Of a stretch of DNA of 64,000 nt, positions 12,518 to 25,210 are shown piece by piece. This DNA comes from Camelus dromedarius. Its lineage: Eukaryota. The translations under genes were made by a program, and so were the position numbers. Under the pieces are notes generated by a model, which saw only the letters and a program-made list of their open reading frames with translations, searched no databases and was not told the origin of the DNA. The stretch is from positions 111,974,001-112,038,000 of the forward strand of contig NC_087436.1 of the NCBI RefSeq assembly GCF_036321535.1, written 5' to 3'. Each line of letters opens with the position of its first letter. The stretch's first letter is position 1.

Positions 12518-13469
12518 AGAGTCCTAGTTAAATTACCAGTTTGTCAGAGAGGCCACTTGGGTTCAAATCCATTTACCTTCTCTATGATCCTGTTCTTGGA
12601 CTCTGGAAGGTGATGGAAATCTTCCTTTTTACATCCTTTTATGGTGATGTTGCCTTACTTTAGCCCTGACCAGGATCCCCCAAAAACATTTTCCCTGAAC
12701 GCAAGAATAGGGAAGGGGGGCAGGTTCCTTTAGGAACAATAAATTCCTGAAGAAGCAAGTGTTCTGGCAGGATGCCTTTGGAAGGACCCTTAGAATCGTC
12801 CTTCTACTTGACAAACGAAGAAACTGAGGCCCAAGCACATCCTCTAAGAACATTTTGAACACTTTGGATTCTTTGATATGTATTGCTTAAGGTCGCCCTG
12901 CAAAGAATGACCAGGATCAGAATTGGAACCCAGTTTTCTGCCTTCCATGGAGATGGAAGGAGGAAGTGAAAAATCCTGCAGGACCAAATATGGGTGCTGG
13001 CAGGCAAGCCACAATTCTCAAGAGCGCTCTTTGCCGTGCAAGATGTGATATCTAGCTGACAAGGAAGCAAACTGACTAGCTGAATGCAGAGCTTTCTGAG
13101 ATGCTGAGATGCAAATTAGCCCAAACCACATGCAACTGTGGATTTGAGGCTGGCGTGCAAAACAGAGGCCTGGCTTCTTTCAGGCTGCATTGAAAACTCA
13201 CTTCGATGGATGGAGTACCCTCGTTCTTTCCCGGGCAGGCACTATGCAAGGCACAGGGGAGACAGTGAAAAACAGAACCCTGATCCCGCCCTTAGGGAGT
13301 TTGCAGTCTCCAAAGGGAGACGGAGCAAGGAGTGCATCCTTGTTCGTACCCACTGTCAGTGGCAACACTGGGAAAACAGGCTAATTGGATTATATGTTTT
13401 CTAAGGATAGAGATCTCTGTCTTGTCTTTAATGCCACCTAACACTGATACCCGGATCAATAATGATGGG

Positions 13470-13640
13470 TAGAAATTAACAAGGGCTTCTTGTGTGCCAG
13501 GCATTGTGCTAAGCACTTTAATGTATCTGTTCATTTAATCCTCGCAACAGTCCTACGAGCTACCCTCGTGGCTCCCATTTTCCCAGCAAAGGCAACTCAG
13601 ATGGAATAACTTGCCCAGAATCACAGAGCAAAGAAGTGCT
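13470..13640 (-). mobile_element. MIR SINE
   Basis: tgtgccaggcattgtgctaagcacttta...tcatttaatcctcgcaaca...aacttgcccagaatcacag. Confidence 0.8.
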
Positions 13641-13769
13641 TCACGGGCATCTAGCCCCAGGTCATCGGGTTGTAAAGTGTGGGGGCTGTCCTATAAGAGG
13701 CATTACTGATACATATTATTTAATATCCATGGCAACTCTGGCCTTCGGACTTTCTCCACCACTTAATAA

Positions 13770-13940
13770 TCATGCCTTTTACTGGGTATTCACTCTGTCC
13801 CAGTCTCTGGTCCATGTATTACGTAGTGTCATCTTCACAATGAAAGGTGAAGATTTTGCACTTGATGAAACAGAGGCACAGAGAGCTTATGTAATTTGCC
13901 TGAGATCACACAGCTAGTAAAGTGGTCAAGCCAGGATCAG
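13770..13940 (-). mobile_element. MIR SINE fragment
   Basis: gatgaaacagaggcacagagag...gatcacacagctagtaaagtgg. Confidence 0.75.
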
Positions 13941-13944
13941 GCTA

Positions 13945-14160
13945 TTTCATATAAATGGAGTCAAACAATATGTGGCATTTTGTGTCCAGCTTCTTCCGCT
14001 TAGCGCCATGTTTTTGAGGAACATGTGAAAGCGTTTGTCAGTATTTCGCCCCTTCCATTGCTAACTGTATTCCATTATATGGAGGTACCACTTTGTGTAT
14101 CCGCTCATCAGTTGATGGACATTTGGATTATTTCCATTTCTTGCCTATTGTGAATAATGA
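13945..14160 (-). mobile_element. Old L1M 3' region fragment
   Basis: catataaatggagtcaaacaatatgtgg...tattccattatatgg...gttgatggacatttgg...ctattgtgaataatg. Confidence 0.8.
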
Positions 14161-14244
14161 AGCAAGTCTTCTATGAACGCACCAGTCTTATATGTGACCT
14201 CTTATTACCAATGTTTTCTCTCTCATGTCAATTAAAAGGGATGA

Positions 14245-14445
14245 GTTCTGGAGCCAGGACATGGCCTTGAACACTGATTCCAGCAGGTACCAGCTGTGTG
14301 ACTGGAAAAATTAAGCAACCTTTCTGTGGTTTGGGTTTTTTCTTCATTTGTAAAATGAGGATAATAACAATAATGCTCAAAAGGCTGAAATAGAAAATGC
14401 ACAGTGTCTGGTTCATAAGTAAACACAGTAAATGTGTGCCAGGTA
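14245..14445 (+). mobile_element. MIR SINE
   Basis: tttcttcatttgtaaaatgaggataataacaa...cacagtgtctggttcataagta. Confidence 0.75.
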
Positions 14446-14775
14446 AGCCATGGGAAGCAAAGACCAGCCCAAAGAATATGGTGTCTTGACCCATGGGGTT
14501 TAGAGTTGTTGAGACATGAAAATGTAATAAAGAGACACAATGTAAAATTAAATTAAATTAAATATAGTACTACAGGAGTCGTCAGCATGAGGCTCATAGT
14601 AATTGAAAAAATTTTTTAAAGGTTTCTCAGTCTAGATAATGGAGGCTTTTCTGTAGTTTGGAAGTCCTGGGAGGCTTCGGGATGGAGGCAAGACTTGGGT
14701 GGAGGTCTTGAATAAGCAAACGATATTTGGGAAACAGTGGAAGACTGGGGGGGGGGGATGAATATTGCAAGTGAA

Positions 14776-15415
14776 TAATTATTAGAGAAATGCAAATCAA
14801 AACTACAGTGAAGTATCCCCTCACACCAGTCAGAATCCCCATCATTAAAAAGTCTACAAACAATAAATGCTGGAGAGGGTGTGGAGAAGAAGGAACCCTC
14901 CTACACTGTTGGTGGGAATGCAAATTGGTGCAGCCACTATGGAGGGAAGTATGGAGATTCCTTAAAAAACTAAAAATAGATGTATCATATGATCTAGCAA
15001 TCTCACTCCTGGGCATATATCCGGAGAAAAATATAATTCAAAAAAGACACACACACCACCCCCAATGTTCATAGCAGCACTATTTACAATAGCCAAGACA
15101 TGGAAACAACATAAATGTCCACTGACAGATGACTAGATAAAGAAGTTGTAGTGTATATATACAGTGGAATACTACTCAGCCATAAAAAGAATAAAATAAT
15201 GCCATTTGCAGCAACATGGACGGACCTGGAGATTGTCAGTCTACATGAAGTAAATCAGAAAGAGAAAGAAAAATACCATTTTATCACTTATATGTGGAAT
15301 CTAAAAAGGGTACAAATGAACTTATCTACAAAACAGAAAGAGACTCACAGGCATAGAGAACAAACTTATGGTTACCAGGGGGTAAAGGAGGTGGGAAGGG
15401 ATAAAGTGGGAATTC
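14776..15415 (+). mobile_element. Younger L1 fragment (ORF2 C-terminus + part of 3' UTR)
   Basis: ORF 14790-15074 ([51 protein letters not shown]) is the L1 ORF2 cysteine-rich C-terminus. Frameshifted, non-functional. Confidence 0.95.
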
Positions 15416-15429
15416 AAAACTTGCACCTC

Positions 15430-15590
15430 TTGGGGGGTGATGGAAATGTTAGCTGTCTTAATTGTGGTGGTGGTTTCATAGGTGTACACATCTACCAAAA
15501 TTCATCAAATTGTACATCTGAAATATGTTTAGTTTACAGTACAAGAACCATACCACAATAAAAGTGTTTAAAAAATTAAAAATTAAAAGA
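15430..15590 (+). mobile_element. Old L1MC/L1ME-type 3' terminus
   Basis: ggtgatggaaatgtt...gtggtggtttcataggtgtacacat...caaaattcatcaaattgtaca...caataaaag + A-rich tail. Confidence 0.75.
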
Positions 15591-15839
15591 AGAAGAATAT
15601 TGCAAATGAAGGGGTGGAGAGGATAGAGGGAAAGTCCATCAGGCTGCGATGACGTCCAGGACAGTGGTCGGCGCTGAGTGGGAGGGTGGGCTGGCATCCG
15701 CCCACTCTGGGCTCCGGGGCTTTCAGACTATGAGGAGAAGTCACCATGATGTACGTGAGCTCCCATTTCCTCAGCTCTCCACAGCACGTGGTACCATTCA
15801 ATTTTTTTGATTTTTCACATGGATGTTCAAGGGCTTAGA

Positions 15840-16725
15840 TTTAATTTACCTTTTCTTGACTACAACTGAAATAGAACATCTTTTCATTGCTTTATTGACC
15901 ACTTTCTGGGAATGATACTTTCACATTTTTCGCTCTTTAATACTTTTATTGATTTTTGATTTGTAACAGTTTGTTATACATTCTAGTTACTAATCGTCTC
16001 CCAGCTTGTCACTTATATTGTAGCGTGTTTATAATGTCTTTTGTCATAAGAAATATTTACCTCTTGATGGATTCAAACAGATCACTTATTTCTCATACAA
16101 TTTGTCCTTGTAGTGTTTGTTTACAAATGTTTCCCCTGTTCTGAGGTCATCTAAAATATTCTATATTTTCTTCTAATAGTTTGAAAATTTTGCTTTTCTT
16201 CATGTATCTAGTTAATCCATCTGGAATTTATCTTTGGTTATGTGAGGCAGAATCAAATGTTATTTTTCCCATGTGAAAAGCCAGTGGTCCCAGCACTACT
16301 TGTCCAGTAGTCCACCTTCTCCCCACTCCCCAGCAAGGCCACCTCTTTCATAGACTCAGGTCCCGTGCATGCTCCTGTCTGTTTCTCAGCCCCCCCATCT
16401 GGGCTGCTGCTCTGTTTGCCACCTCACTTTCTTCATTTTACACTATAACTTAAGCTTGCTTTGGTTATTGTAGACTACGGGTAAACATCATGTTTAAAGA
16501 TTCCTATTTTTTTTCTAGTGGACAGATCATAGTTTCTGGAATTTTTCCTCCCTTGTAGGGCAGCATATTGTTCCTAGGGTTTTTTTTCTTTGTTGCTATT
16601 ATGAACTCTTCTGTGGTGGATATTTTGCATATAAAGCATTTACATATTTTTGGATTATGTCCTTTGGATGGATTCCCAGAAATAGAATTACTGAGTCAAA
16701 GGGCATGAATATTTTTAATGCTTTT
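15840..16725 (-). mobile_element. Old L1ME-type fragments
   Basis: T-rich; aatccatctggaatttatcttt, cccagcactacttg, ggatggattcccagaaatagaattactgagtcaaaggg. Confidence 0.65.
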
Positions 16726-16929
16726 AATTCATGGCATATATTTATTTTAAAAATTAAAGGGAATAAAGATTCTGATAAGTTCCTGGTACTTTATTATGTA
16801 GTTGTGGCCAATCAGGCTGTGACAAGCCTGGGTCTGGGGAAGGCTGCCCTGTGGAAGTTCAAGAGAGAGATTAAGCTGGTCTCCTGAATAGATTTCTCTT
16901 CTTTTTCTCTTGTTTGATACAGTTTTGGT

Positions 16930-17754
16930 ACACTCATTTATTTAAGCAGTCACTTATTAAGCACCTACTGTGTACCAGTTTCCACAGCAAAGCGGGCAGC
17001 AGGCTCCTGTGCTCCCAGCAAGCTTCTGTTTTCTGGTAGGTCAGAAGACAGGAAACACATCACATAGACAAAATCAGGTGCTAAGTGCATCCCAAAGGAA
17101 AAACATTGACTGATTTGGTAGAAAACTTGGCTCCTGTAGATTGAGTGGTGACCAGTGACACAGAATTTGAGGTCTGAATGACAAGGAAGAGAGAGCCCTG
17201 CCAAGTAGAGGAAAGGCATCTGCTCACGGATGGGACAGCATGTGTGAAGGACTTGTGGTGGAGCAGAGTGGCCCTGGGCAGAAAGAAGGTGTTTGTAGCA
17301 AGAGCCCAGGCCCGCGAGCTACACTGAGCGAGGTGAACTGAGGTGAACCAAGAAGAAGGACCAAGTCCCAGCCATGTAGGGCAGTGGGCTCCATGGCGAT
17401 GAGCACCGAGGGGGATCCATGGGAGGGTTTCAACAGGGAGTGATGCAGTCCAGTGGGCGCTGTTAAAAGATCAGGTGGGCTTTTCTGCAGAGCACAAGTG
17501 CAGGAGAATGGGTTGCGGGCAGAGAGAAGGATTAGGAAGCAGCCAGTGTTGTCCAGGGTGGAATTACTGGAGGCCCAGACAAGGAGTGTGGCAGCAGGAG
17601 AGAAACATTGGTGGGCTCCATTATAGGTGGGAAGTAGATGCCGGGCCATGGCTGATAGATGGGAGGTGTGGGCTTAGGAAAAGAGGGAAATCAGGAATAT
17701 GTCCTGAAAGTTTGGGCTAAGAGACTGAGAACCTGGAATTACATTATTGAGATG
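16930..17754 (-). mobile_element. L2 LINE, interrupted by an L1 insertion
   Basis: cacttattaagcacctactgtgtaccag...gggagggtttcaacagggagtgatg...gaaagtttgggctaagagactg. L2-like sequence appears to resume near 18400-18530. Confidence 0.75.
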
Positions 17755-17763
17755 GAAAAGAGT

Positions 17764-18384
17764 GGAGAGATCTCCTGGCCATTTGCCCAGAGAAAACTAA
17801 TTTAAAAAGACACATGCACCCCGATATTCATAACAGCACCATTTACAATAGCCAAGACATGAAAACAACCTAAATGTCCACTGACAGATGACTGGATAAA
17901 GAAGTTGTGGTTTATATGTACAATGGAATATTACTCAGCCATAAAAAAAGAATAAATAATGCCATTTGCAGCAACATGGATGGATTTAGAGATTATCATA
18001 CTAAGTGAAGTAAATAAAACAGAGTAAGACAAAATATCATATGGTATCACTTCTACGTGCAATATTAAAAAAGTGATACAGGTGAACTTACTTATAAAAC
18101 AGAAAGAGACTCACAGACATAAAAAACAAACCTGTGGGAGGAAAGAGGGTGGGGAGGGATAAATTAGGAGTTTGAAATTAGCAGATACAAACTGCTATAT
18201 ATAAAACAGATAAACAACAAGGTCCTACTATATAGCACAGGGAACTATATTCAATACCTTGTAATAACCCATAGTGAAAAAGAATATGAAAAAGAGTATA
18301 TCTATGTGTGTAACTGAATCACTATGCTGTACACTAGAAACTAACACTACGTTGTAAATTAACTACACTTTATTTGAAAAAATA
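17764..18384 (+). mobile_element. Younger 5'-truncated L1 (end of ORF2 + 3' UTR)
   Basis: aaaaagacacatgcacccc...gccatttgcagcaacatggatgg...tatagcacagggaactatattcaatacc...gtaaattaactacact. Candidate TSD gaaaagagt at 17755-17763 and 18385-18393. Confidence 0.92.
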
Positions 18385-19229
18385 GAAAAGAGTCCTGAGA
18401 ATAGGCTCAGGGTGTGGTGAAAATAGGGGTGGGTCTGGCTTTGGCCGTGTGCTGTCTGCGAGGCCTCTTCGGTTCACAGGTGGGGAAGTCGGTGAGGCAG
18501 CAGGAGCTCCCGAAGAGAAGCTGGGAACTGTCACAGAGGCCTCGGTGCCACTGGCATCTTAGAATCTTAAGTCCCCAGTGAACAGTTGTGTAAAATGAGA
18601 AGAGCATGGAGTCCTTCAACCACCGTCAACAGAAACCTACTATTTTCCTTCTGAGTTTTGAGAATATGCTGGGTTTCTTATGTTTATCTTTTGTGAACAA
18701 AAATCTTTTCCCTTTTCCCAAGTAAAAAGAAGGGAAAATTCAGCCCTGCTACCGTCTTCCCGAGTTTTAGTGGTGACTCTAAGAATTACTCCTGTCATTT
18801 GATGCAGATGCAGTTAGGCAGGTCACAAACCCGAGCTTTTGCATCTTGCGAGCTTTTCCAGAAATGTTGTCTCGTCTGAGGTGTTTATGTTGCAACAGAA
18901 AATTTGTGCCTGATTTGATGGTGAGCTCCTCTCAAGATATACGAGTTGCTACCCTCATCACATTAGCCCGCCTCTCAGGACCTCTCCCACTCAGAGGCTG
19001 TGATGTAACATGAGGTATGGCGCTCGCCGCCCAGAACTGTCACCCGCGAGCCCAGTGCTGCCAGAGTAATGTCCTGCCACGTCATTTTCAAAGTGGGTCT
19101 GCGCAGGATCCCTACTCTATTATTCTTGATACGTCAGAGTGCATGTCTCCAGGATGGAGTAGAAAAGCGAACATTTAATTATGAAGAAACTACTACTCCT
19201 CTTTCACATCAGAATAATCTAGACGAGAA

Positions 19230-19435
19230 CAGGCAGTGACACGTTGTAGAAACAGACGTTCAGAAACCAGAATCTTCAGGAGTCAAATCCCCCTGTTGCC
19301 TCGTATTTGGTCTGTGACCTTGGGTCTAATCTTGACCTCCTGGGGCCTCAGTTTCCCCATTTAAATTGGGATAATAAAGGCACCAGCATGATAGGAATGC
19401 TGTGAGGACTAGAAAGCGATTCACTGTGAAACTCT
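19230..19435 (+). mobile_element. MIR SINE
   Basis: ctgtgaccttggg...gcctcagtttccccatttaaattgggataata. Confidence 0.8.
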
Positions 19436-20564
19436 TACGTGCTTTCTCTCCAGTCGTTCAGGAAGTATTTAACACCCCAGCCTAGCAGACAGGTGGACAG
19501 GAAAGAGAGCAGAAGTGTCCAACCATCATGAAAACAAAACGGTTGTTTTTCTTCAGGGGTTTGTCCCTATGCTTGTTTTAATTAAACAAGTATTTATTTG
19601 CTCAATTCAGTAATTTAAATAATCAAGTAATCGAGGACTTACTTGTTGCGAACCTGCCAGGTGTTTGGTTTCGGCTGAGAGAGCGGGCAGGCACCGGCAG
19701 AGATTCCGCCTTCATAAAGCTGATAGAGATTTAAACTTTTAGACAACTGTCATTTTAGGACAGTTGTGCTAAGTCCAGTGGTGAAATGCTCAGTTTTGGG
19801 CACCTCAACCTGTATCCATTTTAGTCGTTGTTTTCAGATGATCGTTGGTAGCATTTCTCTTTGGAATCCTCACAATTAAGAGATGATTTCAAAAGGCAAG
19901 AATGGAGACTGAAATACACAGATGGCCCAGGTGTTTGGGGGAAAAGGCCCTGATGTATCCATGGCTGCAGAGCTGTAACTGGAAGATGCCACGTCCTGCT
20001 TTCTGCCTCTTTTAATACGTGTCTGTCCCAAGGCAGCAGCACAAGGGAGTGAAATGTAGGAGGCACTTTCTAAAAGGGAAGCCTTGAACTGTGAGTGCAA
20101 CCCTGAGATGTTCTATCAAGACACATAATTTACTCTCCTAGTAACATGCCGTTTGAGATTTCCCTGTTAGAAAGTTAACTAACGTTTACTGTTAAATGAA
20201 ACGCACCTTAGTTGAGGATAAACGCCATGAGAGAAAAGAAAAAAAAAAACTACAACCCCTAGGACGTGATTTTTTTTTTAAATGGCATAACATTCAAGAA
20301 AAAGGGGGCATGTAAAATTCTCTCCCTGTGTCCTTACAAGCTCGTGCAATTACCAGCTGGTGACAGCGGATGATCCAACCTAATGACTTTTATTTCTGTG
20401 TCTCGAAGTAGAATACCTTCCGTAGACGTGGTGGAAAGCCTTGCTGTGGGCTGTCTGTTCAGGAGAGGGAGCCCCAACCATTCAGTGCGCTTGGCATTAA
20501 TTGGATGTTGAAACAACTAAGAAGACCGTAGGTGTTTCGAAGAACGTTGTTCTGGACAAAGTAA

Positions 20565-21015
20565 CAGATATGACCCCAGACTCAAGAGCCAGAGTCCCTG
20601 TGTTTAAATTCTCTCTGCTACTTGTTAGCTTTGTAATCTTAAGTACATATTTAACTTCTCTGTGCCTCAGTTTTCTCACCTATAAAATGGCATAAATCAT
20701 GGAACTTCTATATTCAATATCTCGTAGTAACTTAAAATGAAAAGGAATATATGTATGTGCACGTACAACTGAAGCATTGTGCTGTACACCAGAAATTGAC
20801 ACAACATTGTACACCGATTATACTTCAGTAACATTAAAAAAAATTAAAAAAAAGAAATAAAAAGAACTAGAACAACATTGGCATTTAAAAACAATAACAA
20901 TCATAGAACTTATTCCCTAGGGTCATTGTGAGGTTTCCAGGGGTTTATATTATTCAGCGAGTTCAGATTGGTGGCCAACACATAGTAAGTGCCAGGTAAC
21001 TGTTGACTATTATTA
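20565..21015 (+). mobile_element. MIR SINE split by an L1 insertion
   Basis: The core tgtgcctcagttttctcacctataaaatgg stops at ~20694. The element resumes after 20911 (tagggtcattgtgagg...cacatagtaagtgc). Confidence 0.8.
20708..20898 (+). mobile_element. Very short 5'-truncated L1 3' end with A-tail
   Basis: ctatattcaatatctcgtagtaac...tgctgtacaccagaaattgacacaacattgta...tatacttca + A-rich tail. TSD aatcatggaactt (20695-20707) / aatcatagaactt (20899-20911). Confidence 0.88.
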
Positions 21016-21598
21016 TTAAATGCAGCTAATTTGGACTAGACATGGTGTGATACGAGACTCCCAGGTTTGGAGAAATGAAGGAAGCGAAAAGACTTTTGTA
21101 GTTAGGGAAAATAAGGGGTCTGTATCGCCTTGAGTGCGAGGGGGCTTCTATGAAGGGACAAGTATGAGATTTGGGGGTTTTACTGCTTCCGTCTTAACCT
21201 GTGGATATGACAGGCAAAGAAATTTAGGGAAAGCAAGTATGGCCAAGTGTGCGTCGGCCTCAGTCGTGGGGACACTTCTATTCCGTCTTCAGTGTCTTCT
21301 GAGAGAGGTTGGCTGACATATGTGAAATGGGAGTGACCGAAATGCAAAGACACAGGCGAACAGAGTGCTATCCACCTGGGCGGGTGTACAGGAAGGTGGG
21401 GTTGTAGGACGCGATGTCATTATTTTCCAGAACCTCAAGGTGCTGAAGAAAGTCAATGCCCTTCTCATCATCCTGTTTCCACGTCCCTTCATATACCCCA
21501 CTTTGACCTGTTTGAGTTTATTTTCATTAAAAAACCACATTTTTCAAGGAATAGATGCTTTATGTATGGTTCATTCTTTGGAGGGGGTGTATGTGGGC

Positions 21599-21625
21599 CA
21601 CGTGACAAGTGGTTGCCATGGTAAT
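21599..21625. promoter_or_regulatory. Candidate RFX X-box with adjacent CACGTGAC E-box
   Basis: GTTGCCATGGTAAT (21612-21625) matches GTTGCCATGGYAAC at 13 of 14 positions. CACGTGAC lies at 21599-21606. Confidence 0.45.
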
Positions 21626-22699
21626 TTCTCATTATTGTTGAATTGAAAAATAATTACTCTGGCAAAAATCCCACATAACCTGTCAATGCTTAAGTTAAAG
21701 ATGCCGGGGGGCAGCCCTGGCACCAGGATCCCGTTTTTGGTGGAGAGGGACAGAGATGGGGACAGAAGAGAATCTGGGATGGAAGCAAAATGCTTCTGTG
21801 GATGTTTAAATATAATTAAGACTTTCTGCTGCTATTTGACCGAGTGCATCTCTCATCCCAATATCTGATTTGGCTGCCAGGGCAACTTGGGCTCACCTGT
21901 GAGATGGGACAAAAGGACCAAGGGTTTTCGTTGCAGAAATGCATAGAGGGGCTTATTTAGAGTGGAGAAGCTTTCATGGTATTTTTAGTTAATTAAAATA
22001 TACAGGAATTGTCCTCACCGCTCCCCCCACCGCCTGTGTTCAGGCTGAGTTAATTTCATCTTTATTTACCTGGAGGCGGCTCTCTGCTGTTGTTACTTTG
22101 CAGCTTTGGGAAAAGAATCCACTTTTGACTTATTAATATTCACTAAACACTAAATAGGCACTGTTCAGATACTAAACAACAGGAAGGATTGAAAGGAAAA
22201 AGCAGGCATGACCTCCCCAAGGAGACTGGTGGCAGGGGATACGGAGTTGGATGCCCCCGCCTCCCCTCCTCTGCGCCCACACACTGGGCCGTTTTGTAAC
22301 CCACCATTCTGTCCCGTGAGCCATTCTGGAGGACCAGGAATCACCTCTGCTTTCTTTCTTTTGTCAGTCTCAAGAAAGAATCCTCCTTTTGGTAAATGAA
22401 GCCCCTAAGATATACTCTGCCTTTAAGAGAATGATAGACAAACTTTATAAGTAGTGGTCTTCTGTCATTTCATCTTTTCTGGACTTTCCCATGATCATCC
22501 TTCTCTGGCAGAGCTGGACTCTGCTTTGTAATTATGTAGACTCTGTCATTAGAACTCACTTGGAAATATATCACTTACAAATGCCTTCTGTTTCACCTCT
22601 ACCCGTGCATGTTCAGACCAGAAGTCTTCAGTCTGGAAGCACAGCGACCCTCTAATGGAAGAACCAAAAATACAGACAAGCACACGCTCGATGCCTAGG

Positions 22700-23290
22700 C
22701 GTGCCTCCTTCAGATAGATGCCCCAAAGAAATTCTTACATGTTCGCACAGAGGGACACCGCAAAGATACTTACTGCAGCATTGTGATAATGACAAAAAAT
22801 CAGAAACTGTTTAGCGATCATTAGTAGCAAAATGCTTACATAAAATATATTACATTCATTCAGCGTACTACCAGGTGGCAGGTATAAGGAAAGAAGAAGA
22901 CCTAGTATATAAAACGGCTCCAAAACACAATGTTGAATAATAATAATTAAAAAAAAGCAAATTTAAAGAAGGGAACATAGTGTAAATCACTTTAATAAAA
23001 TAGTAAAAACTTAAACCCAGAACTGCATATGAGTAGAGTCATGTATGTAATAAATATAAAAGATGGGTTAGGAAGAGCCATGCGATTCCCATGAGACGGT
23101 TGTTTCTGGGAGCCTGGAGGGAGGGAGAGAAAAACAGAGCCGGATAGGGAGACCCAGGACACTTATTTTTATTTATAATTTTTAATTCCTTTTAAAAAGG
23201 AAAAATGAGATATTTTAATAATTGTCGATTCTGGATAATGGGCCCACGGGTCTACATCATATTATCTTTTATTCTCTATTTTTAAAAATT
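22700..23290 (+). mobile_element. Old L1ME-type 3' region
   Basis: A-rich; aaagaaattcttacatgt...actgcagcattgtgataat...caatgttgaat. Confidence 0.6.
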
Positions 23291-25048
23291 AATAAAGGAA
23301 AACCTCCCTAATTTCAGTTACAGTCAGTGAAGTATAGTCACTTAACCAACATTTCACTGTAAAGAACAAGAAAGTACCCCACGGTGGTTCAACTGATGGC
23401 AAGGTAGGTGGGAAGTAGTTTCTGCATCAATATGAACGTGCCACATGGGTGGCTTGTGCAGCCACTGATGGAAAGTGAGGCACCAGTGATGTGACAGAGA
23501 GAAGACTTGCTTGTTCACTGTCCTGACCCCTTGACCACTGGGTTTAGACTTGCGATTCCAGTAACCTTTGAGGAAGACTCTTACTGTATGAGTACAACCT
23601 CTCCATCTGGTCTACTCCTTGTTGGGTAGCTGCTAGGTGGGAGATCTGTTGAGGACAGAGAGATGCCTGCCACCCAGTCCCATCCTTGAGCCTCTCACAG
23701 TCTACTACAGCAGTCAGAGGTTTAGATAAATGCAGTGTTTCAATTGTAATTTGACCCACACTCTAACCAGGGTAGAGTTGTCAAGCTTTCCTAGCACAGG
23801 TGACAGGGAAAGAAGAAATCCAAACAATGGGACTTGGTATTTGCTGGGAGTGCCAGGCCAGCAGAACAACGTATGCAAAGACCAGGAGGCAGGAAATGGT
23901 TGACCAGGGACCCATGGTACATTGTTGGATCCTTTGGCTCCACACAGACAAACTCCTGACTATGCTGGTCCTCAGTGTGATAAGGATGGCTTTTCCCTGG
24001 ATGGAATGTCTTTCACCATGTATACACCGAATGCTGTGTCTGTTCTGTCTGGCAGTAGCCGGTGTGCACAGCCACCCCACACACCTGGGAATGAGGCCTC
24101 AGGCTCTTGGTTTTTTGTTAAGGGCATTTATTGTAACCTTTACCTCGGAGTCCTGAAAGGTCGATCTTGACCTACAGGTCGGTCTCAAGGCCCTTCCTGG
24201 TTCATATCCTTGTTGCTTCGACCTGAGGGTGTTGTCTGCATGGAGAGTGGTCAGCAGCATCCTACTCACCCCTCACACCTTAGGGGAAATCAGACTTAGC
24301 TTCTCTTTGGAATCTTTGCTGCAAAACAGCCTTGGAAACTTTGCCCATGCTGCCTCCTAATGGTCAGTTTGCCGGCCTTGAACGTGCAGCCCACTCCCCA
24401 GGGAATCTCCTGGTTCTTCCATTTTTCCAGTGAGGGAAACACCAAGCTTGCAATCAGAAAGCAGAAGAGCTAGCCTGTAGACAGGACTGCACAACTGTGA
24501 CCAGTCATTTTCTGTTCTATTTCCTTGGGCTCTTTCTCTTCCTCACATGTTACCATGCAGAGCGCACGTGCCTTTGTCTGCAACGCTCAGACCATTCTAG
24601 GTGACCGACATCTAGAAGATGAATGATGGAGGCACTGAGTTTCATCGTTGTCCACAATGCGTGAGGTTGTTAGCTTGGCTGCGTGGCTGAGAACCGAGCT
24701 CCTCCCAGTCCCCTCGTTAGACCTTCTGCCGTGGGTTCCGTATCTGGTTCGGCCCAGGTATTTTTAGCTGCGCTGCCGCCACTGCCTGGACGCCTGGCCT
24801 CGTTATTTCACAAATTTCTCCCCTAAAATTGCCTAACTGATCCCAAGAACTAGATCAGACTGCAAAGTGGAAAGAAGAGGTGTTCAAAGAGGAGCTTTAT
24901 TTTCAGAAAAACCACATGTAAGTGGGGAAAGGGGGCAAAATCTGGAGGAACTGGAGGAGGAGATCCGCTGCTTTTGTGAATCGTTTTCACCCCGAGGTGA
25001 AAAATCATTTTTCAAGCAGGATTATTTGGAAAAACATGGGCTGGTCAG

Positions 25049-25210
25049 TTAGTTCATCAACTGTAACAAACCTCCTGCTGAGGTGAGGGATACCGATCAC
25101 GGGGGAGGCAACGCACGTGTGTGGCCGGGGGTGTGTGGGAACCTTCTGTACTTGCCTTTCAATTTTGTCATGAACCTAAAACTGCTCTAAAAAAATTAAA
25201 TCTATTTTTG
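25049..25210 (+). mobile_element. Old L1MC-type 3' terminus
   Basis: gttcatcaactgtaacaaa...tctgtactt...caattttgtcatgaacctaaaactgctctaaaa. Confidence 0.8.

Noticed and set aside
14627..15561. ORFs at 14627-15016, 14790-15074 and 15151-15561 as genes
   Set aside because: Sense and antisense translations of a broken L1 ORF2/3' UTR.
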